From a virus (taxonomy: Duplodnaviria; Caudoviricetes), in IMG/VR virus record IMGVR_UViG_3300033069_001491, positions 9,014-73,013 of that record: a stretch of 64,000 bases of DNA. The stretch is one strand, 5' to 3'. Positions within the stretch are counted from its first letter, which is position 1; each line of letters starts with the position of its first letter. Positions 9,055-19,138 of this stretch are shown one piece after another. Position numbers and translations under genes: made by a program. The notes beneath the pieces were generated by a model. It saw only the letters and a list, made by a program, of their open reading frames with translations. It was not told the DNA's origin and did no database searches.

Positions 9055-11007
9055 TCACCGTCCGCGGGCCGGCTGAGCCTTGCGCTTGGGTCCGACCTGA
9101 ATGATCGGGTGGGCCGGGCGGCGACCTGCCTTGGTCGTCCGATCGTCGATCGTGATGTTGATGTCATCTGACTTCATGTTGTCGAGGTTGATAAACTGCA
9201 GCTTGTAACCTCCACCCGTCTGCCGGGTCTGAAGCACCTGTGTGGTCCTCCCGCGGTCGTCAGTGTAGTAGTAGAATTCCGGGTTGAAGAACAGCCTCAT
9301 TCGCTTGCTAGATGGGCCTGCCACGTTGATGGTATTCTCGAAGAGCTCCTCGGCCAAGTACATGTTCGGGTACGGCTTCGGTGAACCTGCATGCGACACC
9401 AGTTCCTTCTGCAGGCGGTTTTTGTACCTGTCGAACCAGACGCGGAATTGAGCCGAGTAACCACTGCCTTGACCGTGGGCGTCGATGCTGGTCACTGCGT
9501 AGATCAACCCGGTGTCTCGACCTGTGTGAACATCCCAGTTGAACTCATCGTCGATCCAGAACGTGGCTGGCGAGTTGAGGTGCTCAACGAGTCGCGGGTC
9601 TGGGCGTTCGTTGTACGGAAACTTGACGACAGAGTCATCAAAGTTGTATTGTTTCTGAAGCTCAAAGCATTCGTCGACGCTGTCACGCCGAAAGACCTGG
9701 AACTGCTTGATGTCGCGCTCGCGAGTGACCGGAAAGGCCCAGGTCACCATCAACTTGTTGGTCTGATAGTTCCAGGTGAAGTTGACGTCACCTGGCGGCT
9801 CAGGGGCTGAATCCTTTTGGGTCGTTACGTAGACCTTGTTCGACGGCTTACTGCTGACGAGGACCTGAATCGTTGCCACTTCTCCCGTCACGTCCTCGAT
9901 GGCAGGCAACGTTAGCAAGGCGACTGTTCTGATCACGTAGCAATATTTGGCATTGAACTTGACGCGGTAATCTGCTGTCAGATGAACGTGTGGGCTGTCA
10001 ATGACGATAGGCGGATGCTTGATGAGGCCACCACGGGTGCTGACCTCGAACTTGTCAATGATGTATCCGACCAACTCAGCACCGTACTTCTGCACGTGTG
10101 GGCTCGAACCATGGCGTCGAACGCGGAAGTACCGTACATACGTGCGATAGTCTCTTTCAGCGACAGACCCACGGCCGGCGGCCTGTTTCGCTTGTTTACT
10201 GGTAGGGTGCATGTTGACCAAATCGTTAGCATTGGTCGACAACGGATCGCGCATTGCCCTGTTGACCAGGTCGTGCATGAACTTGACGTTCATCTGTGTA
10301 TTGGTTGACACACGTTTGATATTGCGAAACGACTGGTTGTTGTACTTGACACCACGGCCTGGGCGAGCCAATGCCTTGCTTGTCGAGCGACCGACGAGCG
10401 CGTTGGCCGCCAGATGAAACGTCGCGCCACCAGTTACCTTGGGCATCGTCATGGCAGTGAAGATGAAGCCAGGTTTGATCCGCTCTGGTAAGGCCTTCGT
10501 CAGGCGCTGTGCAGCCTTGTGAGGACTGAGGTTAGGATCCGCAGGGTCATACAGCATCTGGGCAGTGACCGAACCCGAGACCAAGTGATGTACCTTAGTG
10601 TCCAATTCGCCGTCGTGGAAGTGAACAGAATTGAACGTCTTAGACGCAAAGTCGTCCTCAGAGACAACTTTGTCGATGTGATCGAGGATGAGGGAACCAT
10701 TCTGCTGACCCGTCGTCCTGAACGAATTGTCGCGCATGGCCTGCTCACTCAACAGGTTGCCGACGTCGGCCAACTTAGGTTTGGTCCACTGAAACACCAC
10801 CACTCGCGGAGCTCGAGACGTCGAATACTGGATGAAATTTGAGTCGATCTCTGCCCCTGAGCGTGTCAGAAACGCCGCGGGTACTCCACCTGAGCCGTTG
10901 ACGCTCTCGTCAGGAGTGAAGAAGTTATAGCGGAATGTCCCCTTGAACTTCCTCACCTCAGGAACATCAATGACGTAGATCGGGTGGGAGGGGTGGGAAA
11001 TGCTCAT
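9055..11007 (-). CDS. Large virion structural protein (FN3/Ig-like segments likely)
   Basis: 650 aa; PEPPGDVNFTW...LMVTW...QFQVFRR...YAVTSIDAHG resembles FN3; 4-nt overlap with the upstream gene. Confidence 0.5.
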   Translation of the reverse strand: MSISHPSHPIYVIDVPEVRKFKGTFRYNFFTPDESVNGSGGVPAAFLTRSGAEIDSNFIQYSTSRAPRVVVFQWTKPKLADVGNLLSEQAMRDNSFRTTGQQNGSLILDHIDKVVSEDDFASKTFNSVHFHDGELDTKVHHLVSGSVTAQMLYDPADPNLSPHKAAQRLTKALPERIKPGFIFTAMTMPKVTGGATFHLAANALVGRSTSKALARPGRGVKYNNQSFRNIKRVSTNTQMNVKFMHDLVNRAMRDPLSTNANDLVNMHPTSKQAKQAAGRGSVAERDYRTYVRYFRVRRHGSSPHVQKYGAELVGYIIDKFEVSTRGGLIKHPPIVIDSPHVHLTADYRVKFNAKYCYVIRTVALLTLPAIEDVTGEVATIQVLVSSKPSNKVYVTTQKDSAPEPPGDVNFTWNYQTNKLMVTWAFPVTRERDIKQFQVFRRDSVDECFELQKQYNFDDSVVKFPYNERPDPRLVEHLNSPATFWIDDEFNWDVHTGRDTGLIYAVTSIDAHGQGSGYSAQFRVWFDRYKNRLQKELVSHAGSPKPYPNMYLAEELFENTINVAGPSSKRMRLFFNPEFYYYTDDRGRTTQVLQTRQTGGGYKLQFINLDNMKSDDINITIDDRTTKAGRRPAHPIIQVGPKRKAQPARGR

Positions 11008-14000
11008 TCGTCGTTCTCCTCCAGCGTCTCGACGGTGATGAAGTATTTATCAGTCACCAAGTCGCCTCGTGTCTGGTCACGTTCACGCAACTTAAAATTG
11101 TTGACATTGTGAAAGAACCGCCCTCGTGGCGGCCGCCGGCCCATGTCAACTGTTTCAGGCGTCAGGGCTTGTAGGTTCTTGGAGCGCTGAGTCATCGGGT
11201 CAACTGACACTACCTCACCGTGTCTGATTAGAAGCTCAAGAGCCTGTCGCCCGTATGGAGTTGCCAGCGTCTTCTTGACGTCGATCTCGAAGTCATTAGC
11301 ATCAATGATGATGTTGAAGACGCGGTCGAACAACCTCGGCGACAGCACGCGCGCTCGTGTTGCCTCAGTACGGGTGTACTGGGTGAAGGAGCTAGCTAGT
11401 TGCGAGCAGGTGCGAAGCGTCGCCGCTGCTGCACGAGCGTGCTTGGGTCCCAGCAACTCCAAGTTCTCTTTGAGCGAACCTACGCTCGACTGCTGGTCCC
11501 TGTTCCTAACGGGGGCGCCTTGTTGCCGGGTCGAACCGAATTGGGCCTCACCCTGCATGTCACCTGCGGTACCCGCAGGGTTACTCATCGCTGGTCGAGT
11601 CTGACCGCGGTCACCCCTCTTCGGTGGAGGATTAGCGGTGCGCGCCCCGGTCGATGAGAACAGCACTCCTCCTGTCGGCGGGGCGTCCTCCGAAGGGACA
11701 GCGACTCCCGACCTTGCAACCATGTTTGAGATTGCGTACGTGGCCAGTGAACCTACCAGTCCCCTGTCGCTCACTGAAGGCAGTTCATCGACGTAATACG
11801 AGTGCTCAGCGACATTGATGCCCGTTAGCATCCGAACGTAAACCTCCAGCATGTGACTGAGGGTGTGATTGTGAAGGATCTGTGTTTTCTGTGCCGGTGT
11901 CAGGAACGAGTATGATTCACCATTGAAGGCAGAACGCAGGTGTTGGGCGCCCTGTTGACCTGCGATGGCGGCGGCCGCGTATTCGACGTTGATCGTCACC
12001 TGCGTTCCGTCAAAGTTGAAATTTTGAGTCGGCACAGCATTGATGATGTCGGCGACGGTTGGCTTGTCGCGCAGGGGCAGCCAGTGGTCTGTCGAGAACC
12101 TGATCGGAAACCGCGACAGTTCAAACAAAAACCTGACAGGCTTGTAGATGATATCAGTGTTCTGCATGTCAACACGATAGACCACGACCTGTACGATGTC
12201 CCCTTCCTTTTCCTGCTGGCTAGCGTTTTTCTTGTTCGGTTCACCCTGTTGCTTCAGGTACTGCGTGAAGCCATGTGGAATCCCCACCGTCATGATTCTC
12301 TTGTTCAGGCCTTGTGCGGCAGCATAGTCACCTTCTGAAAAAAAGCTAAGGATGGCGTGTTCCATCTCCTCAGCTACGTCAGACTCGTCAAAGACAGCAA
12401 GGTCGTCCTCTACCGTGGGCAAAGAACCGCGCCGGCGAGTACGTGGTTTGGGTTCATCCTCATTGTTCTCACGTCGTCGAGACTTAAATGCTGACGAGAT
12501 GCTCAACAACGTAGACGACAACAGCATGATTTGCTGTTCGGTCAGCAACGAGCGCAAATCCCGAGTGCTGCCGCCCAAGCTGCCTACAAGCTCTGTCAAC
12601 TTGCTACGCGCGAGGTCGCTATTGAAGTAATTGCTAGTTTGGCTGGCCATACGCGAGGTCGCCATCAAAGCACTAGTGAAGGTGATGATCAGCTGACGCA
12701 CCAGGTCACCTTCCTTGTTGTGACGCTGAATGATGTCGTTGAATGATGACGCGTGGTTGGTCGTCGAACGTGACACTGCAAATGTCAACTGTCCATGTGA
12801 TGAACCCGACAACCCCCGGTAAACACCCACAATCTGTTGGCCGCTGTACCGGGCGACTACTGCGATGGCAAGATCAAATGCGATCATCATGATGACGGTG
12901 TCAAGATAACCGCCATAACGGGTGTAACTGTCATTGATCGCTGTCGTGCGGTTTTTGAACCAGTTGATGACGGCGCTCATGAACTGCTCGACTAGGCGCG
13001 TCAGCACGGTCCCAGACTTGAAGGCATGTTTGATGCTGTCTGGCGTCAGAGACGTGGTGTTCAGTCCCCGATTGAGACCAGGTTGCGTCACCAATTGCAC
13101 GGTTGACCTCGTCGTCGGCACTGTAGCCTCTAGCGAGGCTACCAACCGGTCGATAAGGTTGTCGACCAACGGGGTGTTGTCCTGTGACTGGTTAGAATTC
13201 AGGAACTGAACGTTGTTCCCGTAAGCACGTGAGATCTTGCTCATCGTGTACATGAACAGAATCGTCTTAACCTTGTTGTCGGTCTTGGCCAACGCATAGA
13301 CAGAACCCAGCTCATCGTTGGCAACGTTGTTCAGAACCTTACCATTGTTAGTGTCGATGAGCCGTGACGCTAGCTCAAATACTGTGTCACTGGGGTGCTT
13401 CAGGAAGCTGGCATTCGCATCGCGCGTTGACTCGCCTCGACGAACGTCGAACCTTGATGGAATCATCAGCAAATTGAGACCGTCGACGATGATCAACAAC
13501 TGGTTGAGCTGTTCTTCTGTAAGCTTCAGCAGCTCTTCGCACCCAGAAGTGTCGAAGCCCTTGGAGGTGGCATGCTCCATAATCTTGTCAAAGAAGTACT
13601 CGCCACCTGGCGCCAGCGTCCCAGTGCCTCCCTCGATCGGTCGAGGTTCGAACGTCAACACGCCAACGCTCGCAGAAGGAGTCACTTGTGCGACGCCGGC
13701 CATCGACCGGTCGTTTCCGGGTGACAGGTCGTCGATGTTGTTGCCGAATGAACCTAGCACCGACTCGAACAGAGTCGAGTTCCCGCGGTCGGCGACCTGA
13801 TAACCGTACGACTTTTGCAAGGCCTGCTTGACAGCTGACAACGACAGGCCCACCGAGTACCGGTATTCACGGGAGATGATGTGCGAAAGGGCAGCGATAC
13901 GTGCTTCATCGCTCTTGAAATACGCATTCTGATAGATGCTACCGAACGCCGACTGCAACGTATTGACAGTCTGCGGGATTGCCGCGACCTGCAAGTTGAT

Positions 14001-15158
14001 GAGTTCGGAGATGGGCGGCAGCTCGTGACCAATCGCCGCAATTCCGAAGTGTTTGACCTGAGGCCTCAAGATGTTTGACGGGCTGTTGTCGCGTCGCTGG
14101 TGTGTTGGGGCAATGTCGAGCAGCTGGAATGAGTGGTTCTCGAGGATCTGCCTCAACTCGAACAGGGTCTGCAACCAGATTTTCGACGAACAGAAAACAC
14201 TAACGTTTGCAGACGTATAGCCAAGGTCCTTCATGCAGTCACTGAAGTCAAAAGCGTGTCGGTTGCCCAATGACACCAGCATCTCGACAAGATCGATGTG
14301 CGGGTTGACAGATGTTGAGAGCTGATGCTGACGGAAGTTCTTCGCGATGAATTGAGCGATGATGGTCGGATCTTTGACCTGGTACGCGCCGTGACGCAGG
14401 TCGAGACGCTTCTTGTTGTTCTCGATGACGCGAACGGCGTTCAATAGGAACATCGAGTCCTCACGCAGGCGTTGAACGTCGTTTCTAAACGTAGCCTCAC
14501 GTTCGTCCAGGATGCGATCCAGGTGTGGGTAGCGTTGGCGGAGGACGCCCAACATGCGTGTCATCTGATCGGTCTGCAGGCTACGCATCTGGAACTGTGT
14601 CTCCACGTACCTACCGGCGGCCGTCATTGATCGGTCGAACCCACTGCGAGCATTGCGCTCTGAATGTTCTGAGTGTACCTCACCCGAGCCCTTGTTGAAC
14701 AACGGGTGAAAGTTGGTCAGCATGATGACCTCGGGACGCTCCTTCACGACACCAGTACGCAGCTCCAGATTGCTAAGCCGAGCCACCGTCCCCCTGGCAT
14801 CAGAGTCCACGTCAGGTTGAAATGTTGGGCCAGAGTCGAGTGTCAGATTGTAGGTGGGTACGATCTGGTTAGTCTGTGACTCGAGAGGGAAGAGGAACGT
14901 CGGGTCTGTGACCATCATCTCAGCAATGTCATTGAGCGTCGTGTTCTGGATGTGGGTCACAGAACCCGACCCATGCAACATCACCGGGACAGGAATCGAC
15001 GCATCGCCCACAGGAAGGGCACCACCCGAGTCACTATCCTGTGTGGAAGACGTTTGCTGAACAACCTGGTACTCTACGGAGTCAACGGGTGAAGGTTGGA
15101 TCTGGATATTGCCCATGCCAGCGAAGCTTCCGTTGTTGGCGCGCAGTGATCGAATCAT
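11004..15158 (-). CDS. Very large virion structural protein, function unknown
   Basis: 1384-aa uninterrupted ORF within the structural operon, coupled to neighbours by 4-nt overlaps. Confidence 0.55.
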   Translation of the reverse strand: MIRSLRANNGSFAGMGNIQIQPSPVDSVEYQVVQQTSSTQDSDSGGALPVGDASIPVPVMLHGSGSVTHIQNTTLNDIAEMMVTDPTFLFPLESQTNQIVPTYNLTLDSGPTFQPDVDSDARGTVARLSNLELRTGVVKERPEVIMLTNFHPLFNKGSGEVHSEHSERNARSGFDRSMTAAGRYVETQFQMRSLQTDQMTRMLGVLRQRYPHLDRILDEREATFRNDVQRLREDSMFLLNAVRVIENNKKRLDLRHGAYQVKDPTIIAQFIAKNFRQHQLSTSVNPHIDLVEMLVSLGNRHAFDFSDCMKDLGYTSANVSVFCSSKIWLQTLFELRQILENHSFQLLDIAPTHQRRDNSPSNILRPQVKHFGIAAIGHELPPISELINLQVAAIPQTVNTLQSAFGSIYQNAYFKSDEARIAALSHIISREYRYSVGLSLSAVKQALQKSYGYQVADRGNSTLFESVLGSFGNNIDDLSPGNDRSMAGVAQVTPSASVGVLTFEPRPIEGGTGTLAPGGEYFFDKIMEHATSKGFDTSGCEELLKLTEEQLNQLLIIVDGLNLLMIPSRFDVRRGESTRDANASFLKHPSDTVFELASRLIDTNNGKVLNNVANDELGSVYALAKTDNKVKTILFMYTMSKISRAYGNNVQFLNSNQSQDNTPLVDNLIDRLVASLEATVPTTRSTVQLVTQPGLNRGLNTTSLTPDSIKHAFKSGTVLTRLVEQFMSAVINWFKNRTTAINDSYTRYGGYLDTVIMMIAFDLAIAVVARYSGQQIVGVYRGLSGSSHGQLTFAVSRSTTNHASSFNDIIQRHNKEGDLVRQLIITFTSALMATSRMASQTSNYFNSDLARSKLTELVGSLGGSTRDLRSLLTEQQIMLLSSTLLSISSAFKSRRRENNEDEPKPRTRRRGSLPTVEDDLAVFDESDVAEEMEHAILSFFSEGDYAAAQGLNKRIMTVGIPHGFTQYLKQQGEPNKKNASQQEKEGDIVQVVVYRVDMQNTDIIYKPVRFLFELSRFPIRFSTDHWLPLRDKPTVADIINAVPTQNFNFDGTQVTINVEYAAAAIAGQQGAQHLRSAFNGESYSFLTPAQKTQILHNHTLSHMLEVYVRMLTGINVAEHSYYVDELPSVSDRGLVGSLATYAISNMVARSGVAVPSEDAPPTGGVLFSSTGARTANPPPKRGDRGQTRPAMSNPAGTAGDMQGEAQFGSTRQQGAPVRNRDQQSSVGSLKENLELLGPKHARAAAATLRTCSQLASSFTQYTRTEATRARVLSPRLFDRVFNIIIDANDFEIDVKKTLATPYGRQALELLIRHGEVVSVDPMTQRSKNLQALTPETVDMGRRPPRGRFFHNVNNFKLRERDQTRGDLVTDKYFITVETLEENDE

Positions 15159-17629
15159 CGTGCCTCTACAATCAGTGAGTTTGTCACGCCTTCGGGACCC
15201 AGCTTGTAATCGTTATAGATCGGCATGATGACATATTGGATGACGCCCACGTCATGACGCCGTAAGCAGTGGATGTACTGGCAGCTACCATTTGGGAAAG
15301 ACGTGTGTGCCTTGCCCAAGACAGTCCGAATCCCATGGACCTGCTTCATGATGAGAAAGTGGTCGATCTGATCAATGTCACCCAAGATACCCCAGGTGAT
15401 CAGGTTGGTGAATCTGTCGAACGTCGAGGCCGTCGGATCAAGCACTTTCGCAGTGTCAGTGTCAAACGACACCTCGGTTGTCACGATCGATCCAATCACG
15501 CCATACGACATCGGATCCTTCGCATGACGCATGCGGGCACCCGAGGTCGACACCATGACACCACGGCGCAGGGTGAACGGATGACGAAACTTGGCTGGCT
15601 TATAGGCGTACGACTTCTTCGTCACCACGTCTGTGGCGGTCTTCACAAAGTCGTCGAACAACGTTTCAGGGGCCCTCAGAAGCGGATAGACCTCATACCG
15701 ATACCGATGTCCATACTCCAGTTGCTTCACTGCTTGCTTTTTTCTGAGGGCACCATCGTCAAACTGAGTGGCTGTCAGGATGCCGAAGTCCTCGCGCCGG
15801 CCGGTCGTCAGGTCAACCCGTTGCACATTGTGAGCGATCAGGCTCTCTAGTTGATCTCGTTGGTTCTCAATGTCACCAGTGAAGTAACCCGCCAGGCCTT
15901 GCTTTTCAAGCATCTGCTTGATGAGGTCAAGGTCGCTGGCCACCGTCCTCGTGGTGATATTGAACGTGACGTTGGGAGCCTCGTCGTGGCTGACCAACAG
16001 ATCCTCAACTCGCGTGTCGACCTGCCCAGGTGCAGGACGCAAGAAGTCAACGATGGCATCACCGCATTCAGCTGTCAACCCATCACGGTAGATCAACCTA
16101 ACGCGGTACCGGTAGACGTTATCAGGTGAGATGGTCGTGTCAATCGTCGTCAGCAGGTCTGCCTGCCTGATAGAATCATCGATGAAACCCACGTCCGTGC
16201 CAACTGACGTTGGGACCGTCTCATGGTTTGTTGTGTTCCACCTCAGGAACTGCACGGCGACAACATTGGTGGGGATCCTACGAATATCCAATCGTGCTCC
16301 CGTGTCAACCTGCATCGCGGTCAAAGACACTGACTTCACCGGCTTGTAGCGCATGGGTCGCACTGCCACGTTAGTGTACTCAAATCCCTGAATTGACTGT
16401 TGTCCAACAGTGACGACGCGGTACAATGCCGGTGAAGAGTGTGGCATGTCGACCTGTACTAGCAGCGACTGGTCACGTGATGACAACAGATAGGTGCCGA
16501 TGAGCGTGTAGCTGTCAACCTCAGTCGACGAGATCCAAAACGACTTCTTGTAGATGTGGACCTCAGTCGCCCCCTTGTCGACCTGCTTGATCTCGAGGTT
16601 GACCCGTCCCGACTGCCCCGACGGGGCAAACCTGACTTTGGGTGGGACTTTGGGCGTATTGAAGATGCGTAGGTGACGTGCCACGTCCAACACCTTGGTC
16701 ACCGTGTCAATGGGTAGATTAGACGCGCTATCGATCAATTCAAATGTGACGTACAGTTGGGTGACGGGCGAACCTTCTGACCACCGGCGTTGGGCCGGGA
16801 TCACAATCGGCAAGGTGATCGTCACCTCGTCACTGCTCACCGACTGAATGACCTGTACCAGATCATTATCGACAATTTCGTCAGTTGTGGTTGGAATTGA
16901 CCCGTGGACCGGCGGAAAGAGGTAGTGATTGAGCAATCGGGATGAAGGATCCGTTGACCTCTCTTCGGCCCGCTTAGTATTCGACAGGCCTCCTCTCGTT
17001 GTCACCTCGGAAGACGCACGCGGCGTCAGGTTCAACACGTGGGTAGGATCCAAGCCTTGACGCGTGATCATGTCATGAATCAGGGCTTGAGGAGAGACGC
17101 CTGCAGACGACGTCATGGCCTGTTGCAGGTCGGGAACAAGCGCGCTAAAGGCGACCCTGTGTAACACAGGTTGTGGATTGTTTCCCTGCTTAATGCTGCC
17201 CGCGCTAGCGAGCACCAACCTGGATTTTGTCAAGCTTGGGATTCGTGTGATCGGGACCTGCGACCTGAGCTGCGGAATGATCTCATTGTTAATTCCGACA
17301 GTGATGTCACTGTCTCGCTGAGCGACGACATGCTTCAGCTGTTGTTCTGCAGCGGTCTTCGCATCAATCATCGTCGAACGCAAATTATTGATGAGCGCAC
17401 GAACGTCGACGCGACCGCGCTGTGTCTGGCCCATCGTGTGCTTCTTAGAGATTGAACGCGACTCGACAGTCACCCTCACCAACGTGGACGCACGTTGGAC
17501 GACCTTGCTCTGCGAGACAGAGTAGGCAAACTGGAATCCAAGGCTGCCGTCGTCATGGACCGAAGCGAGGTGAGCGAAATCGTCTTCCACCTGCAAAATC
17601 TGTGCCTGTCGATCGATCCGAAAATACAT
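15155..17629 (-). CDS. Large virion structural protein (beta-rich, FN3-like repeats likely)
   Basis: 824 aa; repeated YRYRVRLIY / YRYEVYP / IQYVIMPIY strands. Confidence 0.5.
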   Translation of the reverse strand: MYFRIDRQAQILQVEDDFAHLASVHDDGSLGFQFAYSVSQSKVVQRASTLVRVTVESRSISKKHTMGQTQRGRVDVRALINNLRSTMIDAKTAAEQQLKHVVAQRDSDITVGINNEIIPQLRSQVPITRIPSLTKSRLVLASAGSIKQGNNPQPVLHRVAFSALVPDLQQAMTSSAGVSPQALIHDMITRQGLDPTHVLNLTPRASSEVTTRGGLSNTKRAEERSTDPSSRLLNHYLFPPVHGSIPTTTDEIVDNDLVQVIQSVSSDEVTITLPIVIPAQRRWSEGSPVTQLYVTFELIDSASNLPIDTVTKVLDVARHLRIFNTPKVPPKVRFAPSGQSGRVNLEIKQVDKGATEVHIYKKSFWISSTEVDSYTLIGTYLLSSRDQSLLVQVDMPHSSPALYRVVTVGQQSIQGFEYTNVAVRPMRYKPVKSVSLTAMQVDTGARLDIRRIPTNVVAVQFLRWNTTNHETVPTSVGTDVGFIDDSIRQADLLTTIDTTISPDNVYRYRVRLIYRDGLTAECGDAIVDFLRPAPGQVDTRVEDLLVSHDEAPNVTFNITTRTVASDLDLIKQMLEKQGLAGYFTGDIENQRDQLESLIAHNVQRVDLTTGRREDFGILTATQFDDGALRKKQAVKQLEYGHRYRYEVYPLLRAPETLFDDFVKTATDVVTKKSYAYKPAKFRHPFTLRRGVMVSTSGARMRHAKDPMSYGVIGSIVTTEVSFDTDTAKVLDPTASTFDRFTNLITWGILGDIDQIDHFLIMKQVHGIRTVLGKAHTSFPNGSCQYIHCLRRHDVGVIQYVIMPIYNDYKLGPEGVTNSLIVEAR

Positions 17630-17635
17630 GCCGCC

Positions 17636-18658
17636 TCACTCAAAGACTAGCGTGAACAGGTGAATAAACGTGTCAGTTCCTTTTTCGTCCACCTCGACCT
17701 TACCGACGAAAAAGATGTGTGCAGTGGGTGATGCAGGGTTTCCAGTATTGTGAATGCCATAGTCAATGACGTCGAGCTTTCTCAACGTGTTCCCTGAACG
17801 TTCGAAGAACTGTCCGACTAGCTTGTTGTTGGCTGATGTCGGGTCAAAATTGATGGTGCTCGAGTAACCTTGCATCTGGAAGTGTCGCAGCTCGAACATG
17901 ATCTGATCGTACTTGAGGCGAATGATCTGTACCCTTCCCAACGACGGGAAGTGTGCCAAATAGAGGTGCTTCAGGGTCCTGTGATCAGTGCGAGATGCAC
18001 GTTGACTAGCGAGGGTACCCTCGCTGTTCTTGTTGACAGGAGGAAGGTACTTGAAGTTCTGCTTGTGGCTGAGGCGCGGGTCAGTGTTCAGGCTGTCGTG
18101 CGAGGTGATGTGTGTCGTGTGCTCACTGGTGCCTGCAAGTGGGCGATCATCATGAATGACGTACGTAATGTCACGTGAGCCGATCGCAAACTTGTCGTCA
18201 TCAAACACCTTGTCATGTGTTGCGAGCAGGTACAACCGTTTGAAGTTGTCGGCAGAGGAGGCCAGCAACGCCTCAGACTGGCTAGAAAAGTTGACACCTC
18301 TAAGCAGGGAAACGTTCTGAGATGGGACACTTCCCCTGTTCTGCGTCATCGGAGTAAACGCATATGACATGATACGGCCGTTGGCCGTGCTAATTCCAGC
18401 AGCGTTCTTGAACGACAACAGACTACCGTCTTCGTCGGCCTGAAAGGTGATCTCATCCTGTGGCAACTGACACGCTTCCAAGTAGATGCGTTGTGTAGCG
18501 TCCTGGCTGCCACTCAACACGTCGGGGCTGTAAAACGTTGTCCCATCCGTGAACGTCACGTGTTGGATGTCGATGCCGCCACGTGCGAGTTGTCGCCGAC
18601 CTTCTGCTGTGATCACGGTGTCGATGACGCGTGTCTTGTTGTCGAGGATGCCTGACAT
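17636..18658 (-). CDS. Virion baseplate-like protein, N-terminus paralogous to 7918..8634
   Basis: MSGILDNKTRVIDTVITAEGRRQLARG aligns with MGFLDN...DAVLTDVGRQFLARN. Confidence 0.6.
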   Translation of the reverse strand: MSGILDNKTRVIDTVITAEGRRQLARGGIDIQHVTFTDGTTFYSPDVLSGSQDATQRIYLEACQLPQDEITFQADEDGSLLSFKNAAGISTANGRIMSYAFTPMTQNRGSVPSQNVSLLRGVNFSSQSEALLASSADNFKRLYLLATHDKVFDDDKFAIGSRDITYVIHDDRPLAGTSEHTTHITSHDSLNTDPRLSHKQNFKYLPPVNKNSEGTLASQRASRTDHRTLKHLYLAHFPSLGRVQIIRLKYDQIMFELRHFQMQGYSSTINFDPTSANNKLVGQFFERSGNTLRKLDVIDYGIHNTGNPASPTAHIFFVGKVEVDEKGTDTFIHLFTLVFE

Positions 18659-18697
18659 CTACGACAAGTATAATCCAAGGCGCGCTCGCGGACCACC

Positions 18698-19132
18698 TCA
18701 GCCGCGGCGGACGCGGATGGAACGCGGCTGCATACGTTGCGAAGAGTACGATTTCCGGAAGCGGGTGACATCCCTGACTGGCAGTGGCGCTTCCGCAGGT
18801 GTTTCAGGGATCGGAAATGGATCCCAAGCCCCCGGCCCGATGCCTTGATCAACGTTAGGTGAACCCGGACCGGTGACTGTGAAGCGATCGTGGTTTTCGT
18901 TCACGGTCGTTGTCACGCCCCACGAGTAAGCATTACCCTGCCACGAACCCGTGGAAGTGGACAAAGATGAGGTGACCACGTTGCCTCCCCACGTGTTAGC
19001 GAGACCGCTCCACGAACCTGTCATCGTTGACGGAACGGTGACATTAGCTGTAGCGCCCGCCGTGTTAGCGTAGGGATACCACGAACCAGTGTAGAATGAA
19101 GTCGCTGACGAAATTTCAATGATGTTGCCCAT
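18698..19132 (-). CDS. Ser/Thr/Gly/Trp-rich protein with three 23-aa TGSW repeats; homolog of the C-terminal tail of paralog A1
   Basis: TGSW at residues 15, 38 and 61; ends DVTRFRKSYSSQRMQPRSIRVRRG versus A1 DATRYRKTYSYYRQVPVNTRVVKGG. Confidence 0.6.
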   Translation of the reverse strand: MGNIIEISSATSFYTGSWYPYANTAGATANVTVPSTMTGSWSGLANTWGGNVVTSSLSTSTGSWQGNAYSWGVTTTVNENHDRFTVTGPGSPNVDQGIGPGAWDPFPIPETPAEAPLPVRDVTRFRKSYSSQRMQPRSIRVRRG

Positions 19133-19138
19133 ATCGCC

